Positions 1-13,100 of a DNA stretch of 20,000 nucleotides are shown here, in pieces (the first letter of the stretch is position 1; each line of letters starts with the position of its first letter). Source of the stretch: Chromera velia. Its lineage: Eukaryota. Under the pieces are notes generated by a model. That model searched no databases. It was not told the DNA's origin and saw only the letters and a list, made by a program, of their open reading frames with translations. The position numbers were made by a program, and so were the translations under genes. The stretch is taken from the NCBI GenBank assembly GCA_018398765.1, contig JAHBMJ010000499.1, positions 107,129 through 127,128 of the forward strand, written 5' to 3'.

Positions 1-1162
1 GAATGAGACCGATCAGGTACTGCACAATCTGCCTCCGCATGGGCTCAAGTTCTGCACTCTCGGAGAGAAGTGCTGTCTGGAAGAGCGTGACCGACTCAAG
101 GAAGAGGCCGCGCTCAGTCTGCCATTCTCTCCGGCTTTCCTGAGCTTCATCAGGGAATGGTCCCGGAAAGCGATTTCCTGCCCCGCCCCGGGTTTCCTGA
201 GTGTGAGGCGAGCCCGGCAGTTGTGGTCCTTCATTGGTTGGCGTTGCTCCTGCGGGTTGTGACGCACCCCCATAGACTCTCCTGGCAGCTATCAGAGCTG
301 AGTGAATGTTTCGGTGGAGCATCTGACTGGCAGAGAACTGAAGATTTCTTCCCATTCGAACGAACGGAGACTCGGAGAAAGTCCTCGCAGATCGGAACCA
401 ATCAATGGCTTCTGCTTCTTCTCTGTCGGTGGGTGCACCTCCACCCCCTCCAGGAGGGGAAACCGTTCTGTCGACTCCTCTCATCAATCCATCCTCTGCC
501 TCTAGGCGCGCAGACTCTCTCTGGGCTTCCATCGTGGGGTCTGGTTGGGGCGAGGAGGAGAGGGAGGGAAGCTCTCGAGGTGCAAGCGCCTCAAAGAACG
601 TGGCCGATGACTCAGAGGGCAGCACAGATGGTTCTGGAAACCTCGGTGTGTCATCATCTTGCAGTGACGAAAGTGGTGGAAGGGGTGTATTGCTGCTGTT
701 TGATGCTCCCTGTTGTCCTGCTTCACTCGGTTCTTCTTGATGAATTCCCAAGGGCGTTATACCCGACCGCATTCCTGATCCTTCTGCTCCCCTCACTACT
801 GGGTCCTCGCTCTGGGCGGTGATTGTGGAGTCAAAGGTGTCCATGGGGACAACGGAGCCAGTGTCAAACTCCCCAGCCGCCCGTGCCCACAGGGGACTTG
901 TGTCACCACCCTCGTTGTTCTCATGAGCAGCTGCTGCCCCCGGTCCCACCGCGGGGGAAGAGGGTCTCGGAGAAGCTCTGCTTTGAGTCCCTCCTGCAGG
1001 AGAGGCGCTCCCTGTCGTGACGGCCCCTCCCGCTGCTCGTTGGGATGGGTGCAGGAGATCGAAAGGGGGGCCCTCGTAAGCAACGGAGATGGGGTCTTGG
1101 AAGACGAAAATTAGACTCATCCGATGAAGAGGGTCCACTTGGGTTTCCTCAGAAAAGCCAAC
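1..1162 (-). CDS. Exon 9 of the giant gene (runs off the window)
   Basis: Acceptor TTTGCATTCAG|; the frame VGFSEETQVDPLHRMSLIFVFQDP...RQIVQYLIGLI is open without a stop to base 1, which explains its absence from the ORF track. Confidence 0.75.
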
Positions 1163-4100
1163 CTGAATGCAAACCGACATACAGTGACGAGCCTTGCAAC
1201 AGTGTCGACTATGTCAAGTCTGGAACGCACGGAAAAACATTCATCCTGCCCGTCCTCGTGAACATAAGGAATGTCAAACAACATGCGATTCAAATGATAA
1301 ATAGAAGTGAGAAACACAATCGGAGCACCGTGAAAGCAACAAAAGACGTGTCAAGCAAGAGTGATTGATGCAGCCAAGCAGACTTTTGAAGCAAAACAGA
1401 TCGAAGTGATTACTTTGGCACCTCATGTATCATGTGTACTTGCCTTTCGCACATTCACTTCTCAAGTCCATTCTTCCATTCGTCGCCCTTCCATTCCTTC
1501 CAGATTGTCCGTCAACAATTACGAACTGACCTCAAGGACAGAGCCAATCGAGACGCCAGAAATCATCAATTCAGTTCTCAACGTCATCTGCCCTCCACTC
1601 GACAGCGCGTCGGCTCCTTCCCTGGGGCCATCCACCTCAAAACGAACGTCGAGGACCTCTCCTTCCTGGTACTGCACCCGGGCTGCGAAAGAGTCTTGGT
1701 GGAATTGGGGCGAGTGGCGGGTGCAGAATCCAACCTGCAGAAAGAATTCAATATATCAAACAAGGGAGATTCGTGGTAACGGAGGTTGACGAAACCCGAA
1801 AGAATACTTTACAACTCACCAGCGATCAAACAGGAGCGCTGGAAGGAAGAATAAGGCCACTCTGGAAGAAGAACATTTCTTCATCGTTCGATGTTCTGCA
1901 TGCATAAAGTTGTTGGTATTCCTGTGTTGTCAGATGTGCCTCACTGTATCATCTTTACAGGGCAAGACAACATAACAAAGGGACGGAAAGAAGGAAATAT
2001 CGATCGAAGAAAAAACAATGCTAAAGCCGAAATGAAGGAGGGAGGGAAAGCCCCAACTGACCACATCGTTGCGAGCAAACACCTCAGAGGTTGGGTGCAT
2101 CACAGAGTTGGCAGGTGCCACGGTGACTCCAAATCTTCCAGCGGTCATCAGCCTGAAACTGAGGACGTTTGGGGTGTCGTCTGGCGAGAGTTCGAGGGCG
2201 TTGAACGTCAAAGGAGCGCGGCAAAGCACCACTCCCCCCTGATTCTGAGCTCTCAACACACGCAACTCATCGATTTGGGGTTCTGCAACAAAATCTGCCG
2301 ACGGCTGTGCGCAGACATAGAAGTGACTTCTTGAAAGGTTCCGAAATTCTTCAGGGGTTGCAAGCAGAGCGGCAGACCGCGCAGCTCTTGACGCCTCACC
2401 CCCCCCAGCCCCAGCTGCATCAGCATGCCGACCCTCACCTCTCCTCCATGCTCCCTCACCTCCTGCACCTCCCGTGTCCTGTCCCTGCCCTTCCGTGGCT
2501 CCGTCTGTTGGAGACAAAGAGCGACCAGCAACTACAGGAGAAGTTCCTCCTCCCCCCCCGTTCCACCGTCTCCAGGGGGCCCGAGGCAGGCCCAGGCCTT
2601 CCAGTGCGGGGCTCGTGGTCGGCACTGCCGATTGTTCTCCAGAGGGCAGTGCTGTGTTGTGGGGCGCTCCTGTAGGCAGAGGGACGTTTGGGTTTGTGTG
2701 AAGTGGGGGAGTCATGGAGGGTTCAAACGAGACCATACCGAGGGGAGATGACCGAATCGCAGAGGGTCGCCTGAAATGGCGTTCTCTCATCCCCCCTGAG
2801 ACCCATCTCGGCTCTCCTGCCTGGTCTGTCTGGTCTCCCAGAGAGTTGCCGGAGGGCTCTACCTTGACTAGGTCAGCGGCCTCCTCAAGGAACCCCCCAA
2901 GGGGGAGCTTTACCAAGGGGGGAAAGAGAAAGCCCTTCATTCTGTCTCTATTCTTCGGCCCTTCCTCTAGAGAATCCCCCTCTCTTTCCAATCGATCTGA
3001 AGAGGAGGCAGCTCCCTGCAGAGACGGCGCTAACTTTGGAACGTCAGAAGAGGAAGAGGCGACAGTACGGAGGGACGCGATGAGGAGACGGTAGAGCGCC
3101 CCGGCATCCTTCTCAGATCCCTCCAGCAGTTGGAGCGTCCGAGGGTCCGGACACGAGAGCGGGCAGACAGATGTGGGTTGATTAGGGTCCGCTGTGTCGT
3201 TCATTCCTGTGGTTGATGACAGGCATAGGGGGTGTTTCCTGACTGCAGAGCCCTCAAGTGCCTCACGGAGAAGCACAGAGGCTGTAAAGGGGGACGCCTG
3301 GGCGCATGCAGTAAGGGCAGAGAGAATATCTGAAAGCCATGCCCGTGCCTGGGCCTCTTCCCGTGAGGAAAGGACGGATCCCCCCTCAGCAATTCCAACC
3401 CGTGCCAAGAGAATATTGGACCGAGCACGCGCCCACTCATCGTTAAACTGCAAAGGAGCGGCCCTTCTCAAAAGCGCAGCCGAGAGAGGCAGTGTGTTGT
3501 TCGCACTACTCGAGGAGACGGGAGTCTGAGATCCTTTCTCTCCCCCTCCCATTCCTCCGAGACTCCCGCCTCGAAAGCCGTTGACCGGTGTTGCTGCCAC
3601 ATTTGCCGAACAGCAACCCGACCCCGTCGCCGAATTGGCCGGGGCTTGAGGCGATTCAAACGGCAGGGGGGGGAAGGGCATGGAGAATGCTTCGTGGCCT
3701 CGCTGCATGAGGAAGTTCTGCCGCCGTGCCGCTCGACGTGCGCGCCGTTGGGCCCTACGAGCACTCTCATACATCTTTCTCCTGTGCAGAGCCGAAGTCA
3801 CCGCCACGACCGTTCTCAGCATCAGAGCAATCGCTGCCTCTGCCTCGGCAGCAGCTCCGATGTCCCAGCCTTCTGATGCCAGCCTTTCAATCACTGCTGC
3901 GCCCCAGAATGCGGCTCCCATCAATTCCCATACAGAAGTGCGGAGTTTTGTTGCCGTCTGGCGATATTCATTTCTTAGTAGAGCGGTCTTTGACTGCCCC
4001 TGGTTTCCTTCTTCGTCCTCTCCGCTGTCACTGGAGCACGCCAAGACATTTGTCATTTCTTCATCTCCTGCCCGCCTGCCTCTGCCTGTAGCGATATCGT

Positions 4101-7100
4101 TTGAAGCAGCAGGCATGGAAGTGAGAGCCGGACTCCCGGAACCAAGCTGAGCTTGCAGATCTGGAGGCGTTCGCCTTCGAATTCTTCTCAGGGGGGCAGA
4201 CGGCCTGCTGGCAGGACAAAAGCTGACTGCAGGCCTCCGTAGGCACCAGAGCTGGACAGTCTCACTGGGCGATGCGCAGACCTCGCATGCCAAACAGAAG
4301 CCCTGCCGTTCAAGTTCTCTTCGCTTCTCTGCAGATGTCCTGTTGCCCTCTGCAGGGTCCGACACGCTCCCTCCAGCGAAGAGAGACGGCTTCTCTCCGA
4401 TGAGAACTTCCACACGCACCTCAACGATACACTGCAACTCACTCATTTATTAATATCAATACACATTCTAAACGCATCCGTGGATGTATCAATAAAGTGT
4501 CCACCAGAGAATGGCCATGGGGAAAAAATAAGCAAAAGCGCAACTTGAACTTAAAGACTCTGCAGTCTAAAAGAAGCTCAAAGAAGGCTTGTAGCAGAAG
4601 AAAACCCACACACGCACTTACTTGTTGTGTACCGTCTGTATTCCAGAGTCGAGGTCCCGTCGCTGTCCAGGTGCGTGTGTCATTCGGCAATGTGGACGTC
4701 TCACTGTTGCTCTCCGTCTTCTCAGCAATCTCCGTCACCCGACTGATTTTTTCCAGAGGGGCGGTGAAAGACGGAGCTTCTGTTGCTCTTTGCGCAAAAA
4801 CAAGCCAGGCAAATCCCGCCATGATTTTTCGAGCAACCAGACGGTGCCCCTCTGTGAGAACGACTGGGGGCGACCGGGGACTGCTGCACTCCCTCCCACC
4901 CGACTCCGTCTCTTTTGCAAGAGTTGCAACAGCCGAAATGCGCCTGAGAACGATGGCAGTCATTCCCGTCTTCCAGTATGCAGGCTCAGCAAGGGCCTCT
5001 CCGGCAGAATCGAGGGAAGAAATCCGCTCAGGAGGGATGGCATTCTCTGGTGTCTGCCCCCCTTCGTTGCCCAATCCCTGCCTGACAACGGGTTGATCCT
5101 CCGATAAGATGTCGCCACTCTCGTTCACTTCTGCCGTGCTCCTCGAAGCAGCGGAGTGAATCCTCAGCAGAGGGCTGAGGAGAGGGAAAGAAGACGTGAG
5201 CAGGAGGTACAGCAGAGATGAACTTCCCTGGTTGCCTCCCCTGTTCAACTGTCCTCTCTTAAGGCTCGATTGAAGGACCTGCAGACAGAGGAAAAACAAT
5301 TTGGACAGAAGAATCAAGTCGACAATCGTAGACGCCTCCTCCCTCTTCAGCGGCGTTTTTCTCCTGTTGCAGCCACACGATCAAACTCACCCAAACAACC
5401 AATAAGGGAAATGGAGGACCTGCGCTTGGAGGGAGCGAGCGAACAATTACGAGAAGGGAAAGGGTGAATACAAACAGCCGTTTGAAGTGAAAACTCGGCA
5501 CACTGACCTGCAACCTGAGAAGACTGCGAACCCACAAAGCGTCTTCAGGAACCACTGTGACCCCACTGGCTGCAAAAGGACTGCAAATATTATGAATTAT
5601 GCCTGCACAACTTCTGTGCAGAAAGGTCTGGAGTTTGTCGTTCAGATCATTGAGAAGACCAGCCATCTCAGAAGCACCTCCCCCTCCCAGTGCGGCTCCC
5701 TCGTCTAGAGTGCAAGTGGACATCAGAACAGGGGAACCCTCGCTTCCCTTCAGGCCGAGAGCTTCTTGCCGTTCTTGGCAAAGCAGGCTCATGGTCGCAC
5801 TGTGGAGTGCACGTGTGACGATCCAGCCTGCATAGCGTCGGCAGACTCCTGAGACTTCTTGTCGGCTCCCACTCTCCCCATCTGTCGTCTCTGTGCTGTT
5901 CTCTCCGAGAAGGTCCAAGAGAATCGGTCTCCCTCCTGACGGATTACCCTCACTGACTCCCCCCGACACGTCTCCTCCCTCACCCAACAACGACAGCAAC
6001 AAAGCTCGGAGGGACTGAAGAGATGCAAAGCGGACGGCCTGGCGTCGCTCTCTCTTTTTCAGGCTTTGACTGAGAGAACTGGCCGTCACTGTTCCCATCA
6101 GGACCTCTGCACAGGCCTCGAGGTCCTCCATCACCCCGGGGTTTCCTCCCCTGTGGCGGCTTTTCATATCCGTCTCCTCTCCTGTCGTTTCGTCGACAGT
6201 GGCAAACAACCCCCCACCTCTAATGTCGGGGGCGGCAGTGACTGCGGAGACAAGCATGTCCCCCAACCTCCCACCGCTGCGGTAGGATGAAGAAGACCTG
6301 TCGACTAGAGGGCCGAGGCCCGCCTGGTTTTGGCTTGAGGAAGAAGACATACCCGCTGAGTGATCAGGCTCGAGTGGAAGAGAACGAGAGTACGTCTCGC
6401 TCTTATGCAGCCCTCCTCCTCCTCCTCCTCCTCCTGTCTTATCCTTCTTAGAAGAGACAGAAAGTCTTCGGAGAAAGAGCAATGAAGCACGCGGCTTACG
6501 GGCAAGACACCCTCTGATGCTCTTCCCACCGATCCCCCCCGTTTGCAAATTGCCGCTCTCTGGACCTAGGCTGGCGTGCGAAACCGAAAGCGATAGGGGC
6601 CCTTTGGTGGGTGCACCAGTATGAGACAGGGAGAGAGGGAAGGGCCGGGCGCCCAGCTTGCTTGTGTCCGTCGCCTGCCCCTTTTGACTTGCCACATCGG
6701 ATCCTGTATTTGAAATCTCGTTGCTCGGACGAAGCACGCGGTCAGAATCTTGGCTGTTCAAACAAGAAGCGTGAGTCAACCCATCCCGTCGCCTTGTATC
6801 GCTCATCGCTTCTGCTGGGGGCTCAGCACCTGTAGCGGAGTGCTCCTCTACGCTGTCTCTCACCGAACGGCCACCCGCAATGCCACGTCGAGCAACTGTG
6901 ATGATCCAAAGCGCTTTTTCCCGGATGGACCTTCGTCTTTCCGAAGCCCCTGCAGACTTCTCCTTCACGCTGTGCCTTCCATCTCGTCCTCCACCTTTCC
7001 CTTCTTTCCCTCTTCCCAAGACTGTGCCCCTCCTGTTTCGCTCCCCCTTCTCCGATCCGCCGGACGCAGAGCCGCTTCCTCTTCTTCGGCCGTGGGCCCT

Positions 7101-10100
7101 CTCCCATTGTTTGTCAGCGAGGCAAGACACCGCGCAACGGCGTGCGACAGAAATCGCAGAGCCCATCGTGGAATACAGGACTGAGAAAGGGGGGAATGAA
7201 GAGTTTGATTCTTTCTCTTTCTCAGCGGAAGCCTCCCCTTTGTCTCGTGAGAGAGGCTCGATAACAATGAAATTTGGGTCTTCTGAAAGCTGGATGAGCC
7301 CGTCTTCCTGATTGGCTGAAACACCTGGACCTGAACCACTCGACAGGTGTAAGAGGGCAGCAAGCACAGCGCATTCTTCCCCCTCGACGCTCGGATGAAA
7401 AGGGGCCCATTGGGGGTTTGCTGTCTTGACAGCCTCGATGGTGCATTTGTCCCCCTTCAGGAGTTTGAACAAGAATGGGTGGACGTGTTTGGGTTCAGAC
7501 CGTCTGACTCCTGAGGTGTCAAGGGCCTCTGCCTTCTTTGAAGATAGTGAGGTCCGACGGAGGAAGTGCTGCACGGAGGGCGGAAGGGAAGCGAGAGAAG
7601 GGACGGACGCACCTCCTCCATTGCTACCTCTTCCAGAAAAGAAGTTTTGAGTTGCCGTTGAGTTGCTCAGGTGGCTCTGAGAACCGCTGTCTCCTGGAGG
7701 ATCTGCACCTCCCTCGCGTCCTTCAGCTCCCCCCCCCTCGTTTGAGTTTGGTGGCGGACGGAAAGAGGGGGGGAAGGGGGAGGATGGACATGTGAGTGGC
7801 TCCTTGACACCATCCATAAGAAGCAAAAGCAGACGATGAAGAGGAGCGTCTGTGTCATCACGAGAATCAGACGGCGTGGGGATATTGCTGCTTCCCCTGG
7901 ACCCGCCTGAGGCTCCTCTAGCTTCACTCTCGATGTTGCGGGAATCGAGAAGGAACGACGGGAGAGGCACTGGGTGTTGTCTGACGGTTTTTGCTTCCTC
8001 AGGAAGATTGCTGCAGTTGGAGCTGCATGGGGCATTCGGGTTGAGATCCATCAGGAGCAGAGAGAGGCGTACAGCCAGAAGCACGACGGCAACGGCCGAC
8101 TCAACCAACGGGTGGAGTCCTTCGTTTTCGCACTGTGCAGACACGGTGGGGAATCGTCGCAACAGCTGGACACACCTGACTGCGGCCTTCAAGACACTTG
8201 GGAGCAGAGAGAGAAGTATTCGCTCCCGCTCACGCCTCCACTTTCGCTCCAACGTGTTCACTTTCACTTTTGAGTCCTGTGGAGACACTCCACAGTGGCG
8301 CAAATGGCATTCCTCCAGATTCCGTCCGACCAGAGGAGCAAGAAAACTCAAACAAGGCACTACAGCGGTTCGAAGAAAGTCGGAGCGTTCAGAGAAGGGT
8401 TGTACCACGCGGACGCTGGCTTCCACTCTGTCGGATAGGGCTGCTGTCAAGTGCAGCACCGTGCGCTGTCCGACTTCCAAGACGAGACGGAAGACGCTCT
8501 CAGCCGAGGCGACAGCGCGGGTGTACCCAGACGCAGACCCTGTGGCATTTTCCGAAGTTGCGAATGAGCTGACAAAGGAAATTGGCAGCGAAGCTGCAAC
8601 TCGTCGAGCGGCATGACGAGCCAACATCCCCGCCACTTCTCCTGCCACCCCCATTTGAGAGAAGGGGGGGGCTGCTCTTGCAATTTGCTCTGCCACAAAG
8701 AAGCGGAAGCTCAAGGGACCAGGGGATGAAATCCAGGAGGCCACTGCTCCTCGGTCCTCACCCCCTGAGGGAGAACAGAGCCGGAAGAGGGATGCCTTCT
8801 CCACACTCTCCTTCGGCCTCTGCTGTTGATGCTGAACAGGATCTCTGGGTGAGGGAGAAGTCGAAGAATGTTGCTGCTGTTGTGGCTGGTCTTTCAGAGG
8901 AAGTGAAAGAGCAGTCGCGCCCCCCCTGCGCAAGTGTGGGGATGGAAGAATGCGAAACAGTTGCTCCTCTGCTTCATAGACCAATTTTGAGAAGAGATTT
9001 CCAAGCCCAGTCGAGTCAGCCCCCCCCCGCATGCTGATTGGATTTACGCCCCTACTGTTCTCCAAAGTCGAAGGGTTGGGGGGGCCGCAAGAGCTACAGC
9101 CGGATCTGACAGATGCCAGGCGCCTGCAAAATAGACCATGAAGCATCCATCAGGATGATTAATAGAAGCAGAAGAAGGATGACAGACTTAGACACCTACC
9201 TGCACGCTCCAGAAAAATGCCAATGAATGAGGCAAAGTAGATCGATCCTACAAAGCATATACACTTGACTGGTTCAGTGGTACATCAACCAAACTCAACT
9301 CCCAGCAGAACGTACAGCAAATGAGGCCGATCGAGCGACTGACCCGACAAGAATGCACATGGCCCCGGAGTCTTCCAGAGAACCCAGAAGGATCTTCACC
9401 AGAGGAACCTGCAAAAACCATGCAGGAAGGCAGGCAGGCAGGCACAGACAGACATGAAGTCAGCACATTCATGACAACTGACGCTGAAAGAGGACAACGT
9501 TGCGATGGTGGGTCCAGTCTGTGCATGCTGTGATGTAGAACCAGAAAGAATTAAGCACAGTCAACGAAGCCTGAAGGAATGAGAGGGAAGGACGTGGATG
9601 CTGAACGTCTTTTCAGATAGTTCAAGGTCACAGAAGCAAATGACCAAGCGAAAAGGAAAACCTGTGCAGATGCAAGAGAAACAAATGCTTTTGTCATCCC
9701 ATCGCTGACCGACCTCTCGTTCGTCGCAAGCAGCCATGATTGTGCAGAGGCTCGTCAGTAGTCCTGCAGGGGCCTGTTGCATCATTCTGCAGATCAGTAA
9801 TGGGCTAGCCTGCGACAGGAGTCCTATTGCTGCTCTGTGAACCACCCAAACGAGACCTTCGCAGTCCTCTCGCACAACCTTAGAACAAGAGGGAGGAGAA
9901 ACAGGCGCGCCTCTCCGCACGTCTTCATTCTGCCTCTCCCCACCCTCCACGCTTCCGTGTTTCGTGTCTTCGTCGAAGTCGGGGAGTGATGAAATTTCCA
10001 GAACCCCCAGGACCGTCCGAAGGAGACAGGACGTACAGTCACCTTCGATGCCTTGTCCTGCTCCGATCTGACTTTCACCACTCACCATACACCCTCTCTT

Positions 10101-13100
10101 CTCACCAAGGAGGGCTTCAACCACAGTACTGCCCTCGCATCGCAACTGAAGACGCAGCACGCCCAGCAAAGCAGCGATGGAATAGACAGACTCGGTCCAA
10201 GCTCGGACGGACTTTCTGCCAGCCGGACTTTTCACAAACGCCCCAATTCGTTCCAACAGTTCCAGAATGGACTTCAGGCACTGCTGCGCTGAGGCGACCG
10301 TCTGTGGTCGAAGGAGGGCCCTGCAAGGGGGGAGGGAGGGAGGGAAGACAAGGAAGGGTCCAAACACTTTTTTCTTTCTCAGAGATTGATACACAGAGAC
10401 AGATCATTGGATCTTTATTCATGTGGCTCTGTTGCATATCTGAGGTGATCTCAGAGGTCTGGGGGGGGCAGAAAGGCAGGGGCGGCAGCAGCAACGGACA
10501 AGCAAGGTATACCAACACCTTTTAAAAAAAAGTACAAAAACAAGAGACAAATGCCCCTTTTGCATCATATCAATCAGACAATCCCCCCACTATGGATCAA
10601 TCTGGATCCACAGCACCGAATCGATGCATGCCTCTCTTTTTTTGGCAGTTGACTGACTGACGTCAATTTTTCATCCGTCGGATGACGACTGAATCGCTCC
10701 GCTTGTGTTTCCGCACGGAAATGTCGAAGCGAGAGCCGGTGCAGGGCGCGTGTGCACTCAGCAGACAACGCAATTGCATCCATAGAAGAAGAACCTCCTT
10801 CTTCCAGGCTCCTAGAGCGCTGCAGGGACTCTTTTGAGTCTGAAGCAGTTGGAGGGGCAGGTTTTGCCCCTTCCTTGCTATCGACGCTGGTGTTGGCCTC
10901 CCCTGGTTCACATGGATGATCTGAAGATGCTTTCTTCTTCGGTGTGTGAATCAGGAGACCTGCCTCCCCCAAGTGCTGGCCGAAAGAGCGCGACCACTGA
11001 GGCAGAGAGGGCAGATCCACAGAACTGAACCCATCATGAGTCTGGGCGTCAACTCTCAATTCGGCAGCGTGAAGGAGAGGGGGGGAAAGGACGGCACGCT
11101 CCCAGAGAGGACCTGACCAAATCGGTCGTCCGTCTGCAAAAACCACAATTTCTCCTCTTCTCACCTCATCGTCGTGTCTCTCCCCCTTCCCTTCCTTTGC
11201 CTTCTCCTGTACTCCCCTTTCTTCGACCTCACTGTCTGCTTTGGTAGCAGAGCTCAAATTCCCCCCACGCATTCTTTGTGCACAGGCTGCTCCTTGCAAT
11301 CCCTTGCTGGACGTCGGGGAGACCCCCATTCCCTGATCGATTAGAATTTCAAGTGTCACAGCCTGAAGGGGCGAAACTTCGAGGGCAACCGCAACGTCGG
11401 AACCATCCCCCCCCACGGTCGGGGCACAGACGTTAGAAGAATCTCCCTGAGGCCTTGAGTCTGTCTCCACCCCTTCTTTGCCTTTCTGGAAACTCTTCTG
11501 GCTGCCAGAAGCCGACAGAGACGCCGATTGTTCACTGTCGCTCCCACTGTCGTCGAAGCAATTCAAAAGACGAAAACTGTCCTGAGATTCATCATGAGAG
11601 GAAACTTCAGAGGGCGATCCGACCTCTGAACCCTCCACATCTCCACTTCCAGGGACATCTGCTAAGTTCTCATCAACCAAAAGTTGCTCTCCACTGCAAG
11701 TTTCTTCTCCTTTCCCTTCCTGCTCCACCTCCAATGCCCCTCCCCGGTTACCCAAACTTCCTTTTCCCTGCGCCCCCCGTGAATTCTCCCCTCTCTTATC
11801 TGCTGTCCGAGGGCTTCGACGGCCCTCCCGACAGATGAGGAAAAGCCGTGAGCCAACCGTCTCTATCGAAAAACTCACTCGTACAATAGAATTACCCCCC
11901 CTGCTACTCCCTACCGTCTCCCCCCCCGAAAGCCCGCACGCTGATAGCGGAACAGACAAAGAGAGAGAGCAACGAGTGCCAACCGAAGGGCCGTCATCCC
12001 CCCTGAATGCCAGCACGGCCTGTAGTGCAAAGGCACCGAAAGCAGGCAGACTGATGGAGGTTGCGGCCTTGACACCGTCTCGCAATACGCTCACGATCTC
12101 TCCACCTTCCTGTTCATTCCCCCTTGGTGTTCGCGAAGGTGCATTGCCTCCGCTTGCGCTGCTGCTACTGTTTCCTCCAGCGGCTGCAGGACTTTTGGCA
12201 TCAAAAATCGCGTTGTTCGCCGGCGGGGGACGGAAACAAAGGGGATAGGAGACTGCTAGGAGGGACAGGTGTTCCATTGACTTCCATACCCGCTCCAGCT
12301 GTTGAAAGTCGCTTCCAATTTCCCCTCGCTGCCCTTCCCTGTTTCCACCCTCATGTTCTGCGTGAGTCCAGAGAGCCTGAAGGAAAGTGAGCAGACGGAC
12401 AAGAGACCCCTCCTGTAATGCCATCAACAGAAGTAGATCGAGGCCAAGAGAGAGAGCGGTCTTCCTTCGGGATTCACCCAAAGCCTCCGTGGCACTCGAC
12501 TTTTTCAACAACGACGCTGCAACAATATCCAGCAGTTGGAAGGAATGCGAAGTGTCCCCGTCAGACCCCCCCCCGCCCCAGCCCCTATGTAGAAGGGGCG
12601 GACGGGTTCCTCTCCCCCTCGGTGAAAGGTTGCCCCCACCTCTCGCACCTCCACTGACGGACGCGCGCTTGCTGGGGGAAGTTGGTCTGCTTCTATCTCC
12701 AGTCTGCAGGGAGCCCGACAGACCCGACGAACCGGGGACCGTCTTCTCTGAAGGTGACAGGGAAAGGGGAGGCCGACCGCTGAGGGAGTTGCAAAGAGAC
12801 TCAGCGTACTGTTCAAGAAGATGGGGAGTCTGCCCTGCCGAGTTAAGGGAGGAGCCTTGCTGAGCAGCCAGCCCCTCCAGATTTCCCCCCGACCCTGAGG
12901 CGGATGCGGTCTCCATAAATAAGGACAGAAGAGGCGCCCACACGGCAGAGGCAAGTGAATCCTTCTGATCTCCAGCACAGAGGCCAGGAAGACCCTCCAC
13001 CTGTCTACCTCCATCTCCCCCTCTATCTCCGTACAGCCTCGCAAACGAACCGTCGAGAAGAAGCCCCGACTTTACATTAAAATTCGAGACAGCCTCAGTC

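Noticed and set aside
1117..1317. 66-aa minus-strand ORF as the continuation exon of the giant gene
   Set aside because: The acceptor near 1220 gives an immediate stop in phase 0, whereas the acceptor at 1163-1164 opens a frame that runs to the window edge.
6410..6435. (CCT)n trinucleotide run
   Set aside because: It encodes a poly-Gly stretch in exon 5; ordinary low-complexity coding sequence.
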